A stretch of DNA of 64,000 bases from Ignavibacteriales bacterium (lineage in GTDB: Bacteria; Bacteroidota; Ignavibacteria; UBA10030; SZUA-254), in assembly GCA_016214905.1 (NCBI GenBank), contig JACRMQ010000006.1:321008-385007 (forward strand), read 5' to 3'. A model generated the notes under the pieces. That model was not told where the DNA came from and made no database searches. It worked only from the letters and a program-made list of their open reading frames with translations. Of the stretch, positions 9,735 to 19,014 are shown one piece after another (the stretch's first letter is position 1; each line of letters starts with the position of its first letter). The position numbers were made by a program, and so were the translations under genes.

Positions 9735-12101
9735 ATGAAAAATGCAAGATTACTGCTTTTAATCTTCCTTGTTTTATTGCCCGCAATCGTTTATTCGCAG
9801 ATTCCACGGACAATATCATACCAAGGTGTTCTAACGGATGATTTAGGTAATCCGAAACCGAACGGACGATATTTATTTACCTTCAAATTGTATGACGTCA
9901 GTTCAGGAGGAGTGGCGCTTTGGACTCAGGCAGAAAGTCTTCAAGTAGAAAGAGGTCTATTTAGCTCTCTATTAGGACAAACACCTTTCGGTCCCTCCAT
10001 GTTATTTGATAAACAATATTGGTTAGGAATTCAAGTAAATGCTGATCTGGAACTTGCTCCTCGAGTTAAACTCTCCTCGGTTGGTTATAGCTTGAATTCG
10101 GCACATGCCGATACAGCTGAATATTCTCGTGTTGCACCGTCGGGTGGTGTAGCAGACAGCGCCAGAATCGCCGGAACAATTCCAAATAACAGTATTACCA
10201 GCGCAAAGATATTAAACGGCACAGTTCAGTTTGCAGACATTGCTCAAAATGGTGCCGCCGTCGATCAGATTATGAAATGGAACGGTGTTATCTGGACACC
10301 GAGGAATGACTCTGTTGGTACTTTAGGAGTCAGCAGTCAATGGACAACACTCGGCTCCGATATTTATTATAACCTTGGTAATGTTGGTATTGGTGATACA
10401 AACTATCCTAGTTACAAATTAGATGTATTACATACTGGATCAACGGGTATCCGGAGCCGTTCGAGCGCCAGTTTCTCAGTTGTTGATATAGATGCATTTA
10501 GTGGTGATGCTGCATTACGATTTCAGAAAGCCGGTATTGGCCAGTGGAATATCCGCAACCGCCCCAGTGACGATTATCTTGAAATATTTGAATTAGGCGG
10601 TGGTGGCAGTCGTATGGTAATACAGGATGCAACAGGAAATGTCGGGATCGGTGAAACCACAGCACCATCTTACAAATTAGATGTATTGCACGCTGGTTCA
10701 ACAGGTATCCGCAGCAGATCAAGTGCATCCTTCTCAGTCGTTGATATTGATGCAAATTCTGGCGACGCCGCATTACGTTTTGCTAAGGCTGGAGTTAACC
10801 AGTGGAATATTCGTAATCGTCCCGGTGATGATTATTTAGAAATATTTGAATTAGGTGGCGGCGGAAGTCGTATGGTGATCCAGGACGCGACCGGTAATGT
10901 CGGTATTGGTGAAACTACTTCACCGTCTTACAAATTGGATGTATTGCATGGTGGTTCAACAGGTGCTCGTATCAAATCATCATCCAGTTTCTCTGTCGTT
11001 GATATTGATGCCGCAAGTGGCGATGCAGCATTACGTTTCCAGAAAGCTGGTGTCAACATGTGGAACATCCGCAACCGTCCCAGTGATGATAATTTAGAAA
11101 TATTTGAATTAGGTGGCGGAGGAAGTCGTGTTGTAATTGAGGATTCTACAGGATTTTTCGGAATAAATACTAGTAATCCTACGGCTCAATTAGAGGTTAC
11201 GGCAGGTGCTACCAGAGGTATATATGGAACGTCAAGTATTTTATCTAATATAGATGGAGCCGTATATGGTAATAATACTGCAGGTCCTACTGCAGCGCTT
11301 GCAACACAGAATAATGGTATATACGCACATAGCACTGTAAGCGGTGGAGCCGCTGTTTTTGGGGACAATGGTTATAGTAATACTGTTGGATATGCAGGAT
11401 ATTTTGCAGGTCGTGTACACGTTAGCGGAACACTTTCAAAATCTGCCGGTTCTTTTAAAATCGACCATCCTATCGATCCAGAAAACAAATATCTTTCTCA
11501 CAGCTTCGTGGAAAGTCCGGATATGATGAATATTTACAATGGCAATATTGTAACAGATGCTACCGGTAAAGCCGTGGTATCACTGCCGGAGTATTTTGAA
11601 GCATTGAATATGGATTATCGTTATCAATTGACAGCCATTGGCTCTTTTGCTCAAGCAATCATTTCGAAAAAAGTACAGAATAACCAGTTTGAAATTGCAA
11701 CCAGTCTTCCCAATGTTGAGGTAAGCTGGCAGGTAACAGGTATCCGTAATGATGCTTATGCCAAGAAAAATCGTATTCCGAATGTTGAAGATAAAGAATC
11801 GGTGAACAGAGGTAAGTATTTAAATCCTGAGTCATTCAATTTACCGGCAACCCGAGGCATTGACTTTGCAGGTCAGACGGATGGATCCGTCTCGCAAACT
11901 CAAACGACCTCTATTCCGCAGCAGACTCAGCAAACAGTTATCGAAACCGGCGGCAGTCTAGATCAGGCGCCTGCGACTCAAACAGTTCCGAAATCAGTTG
12001 AGAACTCAGGAAGCGTTGCTAATACCGATGCAGTAAAGGCAGTAACAAAACCTGCTGATAACTCGGGCAGTGTTCTTGATACTCCGAATGATAAACGTTA
12101 A
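9735..12101 (+). CDS. Secreted fibre/adhesin-like protein with three 86-aa repeats and a C-terminal intramolecular-chaperone-like domain
   Basis: Signal peptide, then QIPRTISYQGVL. GNVGIG-led repeats; KSAGSFKIDHPIDPENKYLSHSFVESPDMMNIYNG tail typical of Bacteroidota tail-fibre-like proteins. No T9SS CTD. Confidence 0.7.
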   Translation: MKNARLLLLIFLVLLPAIVYSQIPRTISYQGVLTDDLGNPKPNGRYLFTFKLYDVSSGGVALWTQAESLQVERGLFSSLLGQTPFGPSMLFDKQYWLGIQVNADLELAPRVKLSSVGYSLNSAHADTAEYSRVAPSGGVADSARIAGTIPNNSITSAKILNGTVQFADIAQNGAAVDQIMKWNGVIWTPRNDSVGTLGVSSQWTTLGSDIYYNLGNVGIGDTNYPSYKLDVLHTGSTGIRSRSSASFSVVDIDAFSGDAALRFQKAGIGQWNIRNRPSDDYLEIFELGGGGSRMVIQDATGNVGIGETTAPSYKLDVLHAGSTGIRSRSSASFSVVDIDANSGDAALRFAKAGVNQWNIRNRPGDDYLEIFELGGGGSRMVIQDATGNVGIGETTSPSYKLDVLHGGSTGARIKSSSSFSVVDIDAASGDAALRFQKAGVNMWNIRNRPSDDNLEIFELGGGGSRVVIEDSTGFFGINTSNPTAQLEVTAGATRGIYGTSSILSNIDGAVYGNNTAGPTAALATQNNGIYAHSTVSGGAAVFGDNGYSNTVGYAGYFAGRVHVSGTLSKSAGSFKIDHPIDPENKYLSHSFVESPDMMNIYNGNIVTDATGKAVVSLPEYFEALNMDYRYQLTAIGSFAQAIISKKVQNNQFEIATSLPNVEVSWQVTGIRNDAYAKKNRIPNVEDKESVNRGKYLNPESFNLPATRGIDFAGQTDGSVSQTQTTSIPQQTQQTVIETGGSLDQAPATQTVPKSVENSGSVANTDAVKAVTKPADNSGSVLDTPNDKR
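10377..11150 (+). repeat. Three tandem 258-bp (86-aa) coding repeats
   Basis: Units start at 10377, 10635 and 10893, each GNVGIG...SYKLDVLH...SFSVVDIDA.SGDAALRF...WNIRNRP.DD.LEIFELGGGGSR. Confidence 0.95.
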
Positions 12102-12133
12102 TTCTGTTGACAACTCATAAACGAGGTGATGTC

Positions 12134-12688
12134 ATGAAAATAAATTATTCAAATAAAAATATAAGGCGGGCGGTAATATTGCTGCCGCTCTGCCTGATGC
12201 TCTTATTAAATTTTGCTCTTTCACAAAACGCTAAGATCACATGGTCGTCGTTCAATATGGGATTTGCAAAATCTCAAACCACGAACACGATGGTCAGTTC
12301 TGTTGTTGGACAGAATTTTGTAGGAACATCGATACAAGGAAACACTGAAGTTGTAAGCGGATTTTTGGCGGATACTTTATTCAGAGGAACAGTAGTTGCA
12401 GTTAAAGAAAATGAAGAATTACCTGCAAAATACTCACTCGAACAAAATTATCCGAATCCGTTCAACCCGTCTACAACAGTTCAATTCAGTATTGTTAATA
12501 CTCAATTGACAGTGCTGAAAGTGTACGATGTACTCGGTAAAGAGGTAGTGACCTTGATAAACGAGGTGAAGCCACCCGGTGCGTACACCGTAAGATGGGA
12601 CGCGGTTGGATATCCGAGCGGTGTTTATTATTACCGCTTACAGGCAGGAAATTTCATCGAAACTAAGAAATTAATTTTGATGAAGTAA
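12134..12688 (+). CDS. Small T9SS type-A sorting-domain protein
   Basis: GAGGTG RBS before ATG 12134 (ORF open from 12107). Signal peptide, short beta-rich segment (SVVGQ...VVSGF), then LEQNYPNPFNPSTT...KKLILMK. Confidence 0.85.
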   Translation: MKINYSNKNIRRAVILLPLCLMLLLNFALSQNAKITWSSFNMGFAKSQTTNTMVSSVVGQNFVGTSIQGNTEVVSGFLADTLFRGTVVAVKENEELPAKYSLEQNYPNPFNPSTTVQFSIVNTQLTVLKVYDVLGKEVVTLINEVKPPGAYTVRWDAVGYPSGVYYYRLQAGNFIETKKLILMK

Positions 12689-12712
12689 CCAGCTTCATTA
12701 TCTCATAAACAT

Positions 12713-12750
12713 AACGGCTCACGCACCAACGTGAGCCGTTTTTATTTTTA
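12713..12750 (+). terminator. Rho-independent terminator (copy 1)
   Basis: aacggctcacg-caccaa-cgtgagccgtt hairpin followed by tttattttt. Confidence 0.85.
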
Positions 12751-12865
12751 TTCAACCGAATAAAATACTGAGAGGGATATCCGCAAGGAGCAGGCATGTC
12801 TTTCTTCCAACCACTTGCGGAATTATTCAAATTATCCAGTATTTTTTATCTATTAAATCGATTTC

Positions 12866-12895
12866 TTGACATTATCTAACCTAAATCAGTATATT
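12866..12895 (+). promoter_or_regulatory. Sigma70-like promoter
   Basis: TTGACA-N18-TATATT upstream of the ATG at 12950. The TTG start in the ORF track is the -35 box. Confidence 0.5.
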
Positions 12896-12949
12896 GAACT
12901 GGGATGCACAAACTTAAAGACAAGTCGGAATTATATGAGGAATGGAACA

Positions 12950-14344
12950 ATGAATAATATTTATACTAAGTTCACGTGGGTGGTTTTATGCTTTATCGCT
13001 GTTGCATCTCTTAATGCGCAACCGAAGTACAGAACTTTCAGCCAATTCTCTTTAAGCGAGAAGAAAGCAAAAGCCGGTAAAGTTCTCAGCAGTAATTCGT
13101 CTTTTGTTTTTGGAAATGATGTTAGCGGAATAACTGTAAATGGTTTACATGCCCGGTTTAATTCCGCGATAATTGGTATCCTCGATTCAGGTGGTTTCAC
13201 ATCAATTGTAATTGGTGATAAAAGAAAAACAATCACCGCGAGCGGGCGGACAATTGCTGCAGGTGATTCTGTGATACTTACATTCAATCTGGAAAAGAAA
13301 GCTCCGGGCGCTCAGGCAAATTTCTGGTGGTGGGAACTGGATGGTAGTATGATCGGTGATAAACGCGAAGGACTTGCCGGTACTTTCGAAGGTATCTCAA
13401 TCCAACCTAATGGCGGTAACTTACTTGAATTTATTTACAAACGAATTGTACATCGTCCTCAGGGGATTGTTGTTGGAATGATGACCGATACAAATGATGT
13501 GGGGCGGATCAGATACAAAACAGCTGATCGAAAATTTTTCCCCCACTCGGGCGTAGCGCGTTGCTTTGATCGGATTAGCACCGGTTCTGCCATCACGCGT
13601 CCGTTCAATCGCGAATTGAAGAATCCGCATGTTAAAAAACATAATAACCATTTGCTGGGCGAAGTTCACGCGTTGAAACTTGCAGTGATTGCAAACGACT
13701 CCGGCGCAACTCAGCCCTTAGATACAACAGCATTGGGTGATTTAATATATAATGATCTCGGTAACCCAAGCGATCCGGGAAATGGATTAACGATCCGGCA
13801 ACTGATTTACCTCGTCGATTCTGCCCTTACATATTGCGACCATTTTGATTTGAATCCCGAAATTTACGCGAAGCTCGATACATGCGTCAGCAGAATCAAC
13901 CGTGCGTTTGATGGAGATTATATTGCTGTAAGCTTATTCCCGTTTGTCGTTGCAGGAACTCACTCAGTTGATGAATATTCATTCATTCATCCGAATCCCG
14001 CGGCGGCTCCGTTTACCAGACGTTCACACGATTATTCAATGTTGGATCAGCAGCCCGAACAAATTTCCTTATTACAGAATTACCCGAATCCCTTCAATCC
14101 GACTACAACGATCTCCTTCTCAATTGCTCAGGAGGGACGTGTTACATTGAAAGTATACAATATGCTTGGTCAGAATGTAGCCACGTTGCTGAATAACGAA
14201 GTTATTGATGAAGGTGAGCAGGAAATTGAATTTGACGCATCATCGCTGACAAGCGGTGTTTATTTATACAGAGTTGAAGTAACCGACATATCCAATCCCA
14301 CAAAGATGTTCACGCAAGTGAACAAAATGTTATTGGTTAAATAG
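12950..14344 (+). CDS. T9SS type-A sorting-domain protein with uncharacterised passenger
   Basis: GAGG RBS; signal peptide (TKFTWVVLCFIAVASLNAQ); LLQNYPNPFNPTT...KMLLVK C-terminus. Confidence 0.85.
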   Translation: MNNIYTKFTWVVLCFIAVASLNAQPKYRTFSQFSLSEKKAKAGKVLSSNSSFVFGNDVSGITVNGLHARFNSAIIGILDSGGFTSIVIGDKRKTITASGRTIAAGDSVILTFNLEKKAPGAQANFWWWELDGSMIGDKREGLAGTFEGISIQPNGGNLLEFIYKRIVHRPQGIVVGMMTDTNDVGRIRYKTADRKFFPHSGVARCFDRISTGSAITRPFNRELKNPHVKKHNNHLLGEVHALKLAVIANDSGATQPLDTTALGDLIYNDLGNPSDPGNGLTIRQLIYLVDSALTYCDHFDLNPEIYAKLDTCVSRINRAFDGDYIAVSLFPFVVAGTHSVDEYSFIHPNPAAAPFTRRSHDYSMLDQQPEQISLLQNYPNPFNPTTTISFSIAQEGRVTLKVYNMLGQNVATLLNNEVIDEGEQEIEFDASSLTSGVYLYRVEVTDISNPTKMFTQVNKMLLVK

Positions 14345-14392
14345 ACTGACTATTCATCAATCCCAACGCACGGATTGATATGTTGCTTATAC

Positions 14393-14430
14393 AACGGCTC
14401 GCGCACCAACGTGAGCCGTTTTTATTTTTA
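14393..14430 (+). terminator. Rho-independent terminator (copy 2, near-identical to copy 1)
   Basis: aacggctcgcgcaccaacgtgagccgtttttattttta; one mismatch to 12713-12750. Confidence 0.85.
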
Positions 14431-14689
14431 CTCAGCAAATCCCAAGACTGGGATGGAGATCTTCTCCCGACCATATTAAAAATGGTTATCTGTTTGTCGC
14501 AAAGTACATAAATTACCGACAAATCTTTTTCATGAACAAATATGAACTTTTTGTATATGCAACCTTGTGAAGTGTACATCCACTATCTATATCAACCTTG
14601 GCAAGGTTATCTAGTTGGAACAAATTCCTATAAAATAGCTGTTCTCTCTTCAGTAAATAACCTCATCAATCTTAATCACACAACAGCTT

Positions 14690-15775
14690 ATGAGTATGCC
14701 AATCATTTTAATTTTATTAATATTAGTCCTTTCTGCTTCGTGCAATAGCGAAAATAAATCTCAAAATACTCACGCTGCCAAGATCGAACAAAATATTGGC
14801 GTTGTTGTGGGAGATACAATCCTTGGGAAGGGGAAAGAGATCTGGTCTATTTATCAAGACACAAAAGAGAATTACTGGTTCGCGGTTGAGGGACGAGGTG
14901 TATGCCGTTACGATGGGAAAGTGATACAAAACTTTACGGAGAAAGATGGCTTGTGCAGTAATTTTGTCCGGAGTATACAGGAAGATAGAGCAGGCAATAT
15001 CTGGTTCGGCACACGTGATGGTGTCTGTTTTTTTGATGGAAAAACTTTCAGAACTGTAAATCTTAGCAGCGCCCCGAAAGAAAAAATCTTTCACGGCATT
15101 TTTAAAAATAGAAAGGGAGACCTCTACTTCGGTGCGAGGGATGGAGTTCATCACTATGATGGAATATCTTTTACATTTTTACCTTTGCCGTTAGATGAAA
15201 TTGATTTAAAAATGCGTCGTGAACAACCCTCCTATCAGCATACCGCATACTCGGTTTACAGCATACTCGAAGATAAAGATGGTGTTCTATGGTTCGGCAC
15301 AGAGACTAAGGGCGTCTATAGATACGACGGGAATTCATTTTCGCGTATCAATAATGAAGAGTTGAATGCACCCATCCGTACAATTTATCAGGATAAGAAA
15401 GGGAACTATTGGTTCGGGAATAATGGCAGTGGGTTATTCCATTACGACGGAAAAATCTTGACCAATATTACAAAAGAGAAAAGTTTGAGCAATCCTGCGT
15501 TCAGAAAAAGTTTGAAAGGGAAAGAAGGAACACTTGCCCGTGCCTGGACAATCAACGAAGATAACGACGGCAACCTCTGGATAGGAACAATCGATGCAGG
15601 TGTTTGGCGTTATGACGAAGAAAAATTAACGAACTACACGGTCAAAGATGGACTGACGAGCAATGCAATCTGGACTATTTATAAAGACCGGAAAGGGGAG
15701 TTATTGATTGGAACATTAGGCGGAGGGATTTGCAGGTTCGACGGAAAGAGGTTTACACCGTTCAGTTTTAAATAA
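14690..15775 (+). CDS. Lipoprotein beta-propeller of two-component-regulator-propeller (Reg_prop) repeats, no kinase domain
   Basis: Lipobox LSASC; repeated SIxEDxxGNIWFGTxxGVxRYDG and DGLxSN motifs. Confidence 0.85.
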   Translation: MSMPIILILLILVLSASCNSENKSQNTHAAKIEQNIGVVVGDTILGKGKEIWSIYQDTKENYWFAVEGRGVCRYDGKVIQNFTEKDGLCSNFVRSIQEDRAGNIWFGTRDGVCFFDGKTFRTVNLSSAPKEKIFHGIFKNRKGDLYFGARDGVHHYDGISFTFLPLPLDEIDLKMRREQPSYQHTAYSVYSILEDKDGVLWFGTETKGVYRYDGNSFSRINNEELNAPIRTIYQDKKGNYWFGNNGSGLFHYDGKILTNITKEKSLSNPAFRKSLKGKEGTLARAWTINEDNDGNLWIGTIDAGVWRYDEEKLTNYTVKDGLTSNAIWTIYKDRKGELLIGTLGGGICRFDGKRFTPFSFK

Positions 15776-15838
15776 TGGAGTGGGTTTGTTTTGAGTGGGG
15801 AGAAATATTACATTGTTTCGCTAAGATGCAGTGCCCCG

Positions 15839-16999
15839 ATGTCGGATAAAACAAAAAAATATTCACTCCACCCCCATATCATCATTATGATGATCATATC
15901 TTGCCTGGGATTTGTAAAAGCCCAAGATACCGAAACTCTTATCTTGAAATATGCAGCATCCAAATACGATACGATTATTTATAAACGAGTAATTGAGCTC
16001 GATAAGAACAACAAAATGTATCATGTGAGAGATTATTTTGAAAACGGACAGATTCAAATGGATGCTTTCTATAGCTCATTTGACAAGAACATAAAAGAGG
16101 AAAGTCAGTGTAATTACCATTCAAATACAAAAGAGGGAAAATACACGGAATGGCATGAAAACGGACAGATTGAATTTACAGGGAATTATAAAAACGGACT
16201 TCACAATGGACTATGCACGAGCTGGTATAAAGATGGACGAAAGGAAGCAGAAGAGAATTGGCTAAACGGACAATTACATGGTAGAACAAAATATTGGACA
16301 GAAAAAGGAGATCTGCAATTTGATTTAACATTCGACCATGGTATAAATCAAAATCCCAAGAATGTAAGATATCATTATTTATCATATACGCCGAAAGATT
16401 ATAATACAGATACTTTAAAGAGATTACCCCTTATAATTTATTTGCATGGAGGTTCACGCCGGGGAACTGATTTAAAGAAATTGTATGCCGATGGAATCCC
16501 TGACCAGATATACAGGGGGAGAGAATTTCCTTTTATAATTATCGTCCCGCAATGTCCCGAACATATCAGATGGTCAACTGATAATTGGTTTGAAAATCTT
16601 TATAAAGAAGTAACCGATAAATATAGAATTGATACAAACAGAGTTTATCTAACCGGCTTCAGTTTAGGAGGGGCAGGTACATGGTATATCGCCGCAAAGT
16701 ATCCCGATAAGTTTGCAGCGATTGCCCCAATGAGCGGTTTTACAAGCCACATTGATTACATAGATAATAATATTGATAAGCTGAATAATATACCGATATG
16801 GGCTTTTCATGGAAAGATAGATAATGTGGTTCCATTTGAAGAAACAGAAAGAGTAATTAAGAAACTGGAAGGAAAAAACAAAGAGTTGAGATTTTCAGTT
16901 GAACATGAAGTAGGGCATTGGATCAATTGGTTAGTTTATCCAAATCAGGCATTGTATGATTGGTTTTTACAGTATGATAAAAGAATGAAAAAACAATGA
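15839..16999 (+). CDS. MORN-variant repeat protein fused to an alpha/beta hydrolase (predicted peptidase/esterase)
   Basis: EGKYTEWHENGQ and HNGLCTSWYKDG repeats; PLIIYLHGG, nucleophile elbow GFSLGG, WAFHGKIDNVVP, VGHW. Start uncertain (ORF open from 15791). Confidence 0.8.
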   Translation: MSDKTKKYSLHPHIIIMMIISCLGFVKAQDTETLILKYAASKYDTIIYKRVIELDKNNKMYHVRDYFENGQIQMDAFYSSFDKNIKEESQCNYHSNTKEGKYTEWHENGQIEFTGNYKNGLHNGLCTSWYKDGRKEAEENWLNGQLHGRTKYWTEKGDLQFDLTFDHGINQNPKNVRYHYLSYTPKDYNTDTLKRLPLIIYLHGGSRRGTDLKKLYADGIPDQIYRGREFPFIIIVPQCPEHIRWSTDNWFENLYKEVTDKYRIDTNRVYLTGFSLGGAGTWYIAAKYPDKFAAIAPMSGFTSHIDYIDNNIDKLNNIPIWAFHGKIDNVVPFEETERVIKKLEGKNKELRFSVEHEVGHWINWLVYPNQALYDWFLQYDKRMKKQ

Positions 17000-17067
17000 G
17001 CATTAAAGCAATTATTTTCGGTGCAACGGGTATGGTGGCAGGAGAATATTCTGGATACGTTGGATAA
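16996..17067 (+). pseudogene. Remnant of an NAD-dependent epimerase/dehydratase gene
   Basis: ATGA overlap with the upstream stop. Reads MSIKAIIFGATGMVAGEYSGYVG*, i.e. a Rossmann GATGMV start that ends after 23 codons. Confidence 0.55.
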
Positions 17068-17143
17068 GAGAGTTATATAAATTTACCCGGCACAATAGTT
17101 GGAACGAGCGGGTTATTATTAAATAATATCATAGGATTGCAAC

Positions 17144-17593
17144 ATGACTATCAAAGCTAAAACACCAAAAGAATATATAGCACAACTTCCCGACGACAGA
17201 AAAAAAGCGATTGAGTCGCTGCGTAAAGTGATACTAAAAAATCTTCCAAAAGGATTTTCGGAAACTATCAGTTACGGAATGATCGGGTATGTTGTACCAC
17301 ATACAATTTATCCGGGTGGTTATCATTGTAATCCGATCCAGCCGCTTCCGTTTATCGCAATAGCTTCACAGAAAAATCATATCGCGTTGTATCATATGGC
17401 TCTGTACGCAGATAAAAAATTATTAGATTGGTTCCGAAAAGGATATCCGAAAGATCCCAAGCTCGATATGGGTAAAAGCTGCGTCAGATTCAAAAAAATA
17501 GAAAATATTCCGTTGGAACTCATCGGAAAATTGGTAAAAAAGGTGAGTGTGAAGGATTGGATTAAATTATATGAATCATGCTTAAAAAATTAA
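17144..17593 (+). CDS. DUF1801 (YdhG-like) protein
   Basis: EYIAQLPDDRKKAIESLR, SYGMIGYVVP, ASQKNHIALY, LDMGKSCVRFKK. Confidence 0.9.
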   Translation: MTIKAKTPKEYIAQLPDDRKKAIESLRKVILKNLPKGFSETISYGMIGYVVPHTIYPGGYHCNPIQPLPFIAIASQKNHIALYHMALYADKKLLDWFRKGYPKDPKLDMGKSCVRFKKIENIPLELIGKLVKKVSVKDWIKLYESCLKN

Positions 17594-17681
17594 TTTATCC
17601 ATCCATCCCGGGAGATTTGGTTGAGATTGCCTCTCATCCATTTTTTTCGTAATATTAGCCAATCAAAATATCTATGCATAA

Positions 17682-18506
17682 ATGATTAAATCAGAGAATT
17701 TAGTGATTGGAAGCGGTAATCGGTTAATGCTTATTGCCGGTCCGTGTGTTGTTGAAGGACGTGAGATTACCCTGAAGACCGCCGCCCGTCTTCAAAAACT
17801 TACCCACAAATATCAAATACCGTTCATTTTTAAATCTTCTTATAAAAAAGCCAATAGAACGAGCGGGAAATCTTTTTCAACCTTAGGATTGGATGAAGCA
17901 TTAGCAATTCTTTCGGAGATAAAAAATAATCTTGGAGTTCCAATACTAACGGATATTCATACCGAAAGTGAAATTGAAGCGGTGGTGGGAGTAGCTGATA
18001 TATTACAAATCCCCGCTTTTCTTTGCAGGCAGACCGAGCTTTTGCAAGCGGCCGGACGCAGCGGTAAAGTAGTGAATATCAAAAAAGGACAATTCATGGC
18101 GCCCGAAGATATGAAACATCAAGCGCGAAAAGTTGAATCGACCGGAAATAAAAAAGTTATGCTTACTGAACGCGGCGCTTCGTTCGGTTACCATAATCTT
18201 GTGGTCGATATGCGATCGTTGACGATCATGCGTTCGCTCGGTTATCCTGTGATACTCGATGCAACGCATTCTGTTCAACTGCCGGGTGCGGGGAAAAATC
18301 AAACCGCAGGTCAACCCGAATTTATTTTCCCGATCGCGCGCGCGGGTGTCGCGGTTGGTATAGATGGATTGTTCATTGAAACTCATCCCGATCCGAAACG
18401 TGCTTTGAGTGATTCGGGCAGTCAGCTCAAATTAGATTTGTTGGAAGATTTACTGAAACAAATAATTCCTATCGATAATATTGTGAAAGAAAAACTTGGC
18501 ATCTGA
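17682..18506 (+). CDS. kdsA: KDO 8-phosphate synthase
   Basis: IAGPCVVE, KANRTS, QIPAFLCRQT, NIKKGQF, DATHSVQ. Confidence 0.97.
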   Translation: MIKSENLVIGSGNRLMLIAGPCVVEGREITLKTAARLQKLTHKYQIPFIFKSSYKKANRTSGKSFSTLGLDEALAILSEIKNNLGVPILTDIHTESEIEAVVGVADILQIPAFLCRQTELLQAAGRSGKVVNIKKGQFMAPEDMKHQARKVESTGNKKVMLTERGASFGYHNLVVDMRSLTIMRSLGYPVILDATHSVQLPGAGKNQTAGQPEFIFPIARAGVAVGIDGLFIETHPDPKRALSDSGSQLKLDLLEDLLKQIIPIDNIVKEKLGI

Positions 18507-19014
18507 AAAGAAAATATCGAAAGTACTTCAAAAGAAACTCAAACGTATTCGCATGGTTGTTCTCGACGTCGATGGAGTTTTAACCGACGGATCAATAATT
18601 TACGGTTCCGATGAAACCGAGTATAAGCGTTTTCATGTGCATGATGGATACGGGATATTCCGTTCGAGGAAAAAGGGATTGTTATTCTCTATTATTTCCG
18701 GCAGGGTATCAAAAGTAACTACAATCCGTGCGAAGCGTTTGGAAATAGCCGATGTTTTTCAAGGCGATGAAGACAAGGTCTCGGTGTTTCAGGAGATCAA
18801 GAAGAAATATAAACTTGAATACAACGAAGTATGTTTTATAGGTGATGATGAATTTGATTTACCGTTATTACGGAAAGTCGGCTTCAGCGCCGCACCTGCC
18901 GATGCAATGAAACGGGTGCGCAGCGAAGTTGATTATGTTACAAAAGCCGATGGTGGACGCGGAGCTGTGCGTGAAGTAATCGACTTAATCTTAGAGGCGA
19001 AGAAATTGTTATGA
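18496..19014 (+). CDS. kdsC: KDO 8-phosphate phosphatase (HAD family)
   Basis: LDVDGVLTDG, IGDDEFD, GGRGAVRE; lies between kdsA and kdsD. Confidence 0.95.
   Translation: MASEKKISKVLQKKLKRIRMVVLDVDGVLTDGSIIYGSDETEYKRFHVHDGYGIFRSRKKGLLFSIISGRVSKVTTIRAKRLEIADVFQGDEDKVSVFQEIKKKYKLEYNEVCFIGDDEFDLPLLRKVGFSAAPADAMKRVRSEVDYVTKADGGRGAVREVIDLILEAKKLL

Noticed and set aside
5904..12101. Diversity-generating retroelement template/variable repeats
   Set aside because: The repeats are in-frame protein domains with general synonymous divergence rather than adenine-specific changes, and no reverse transcriptase is present.
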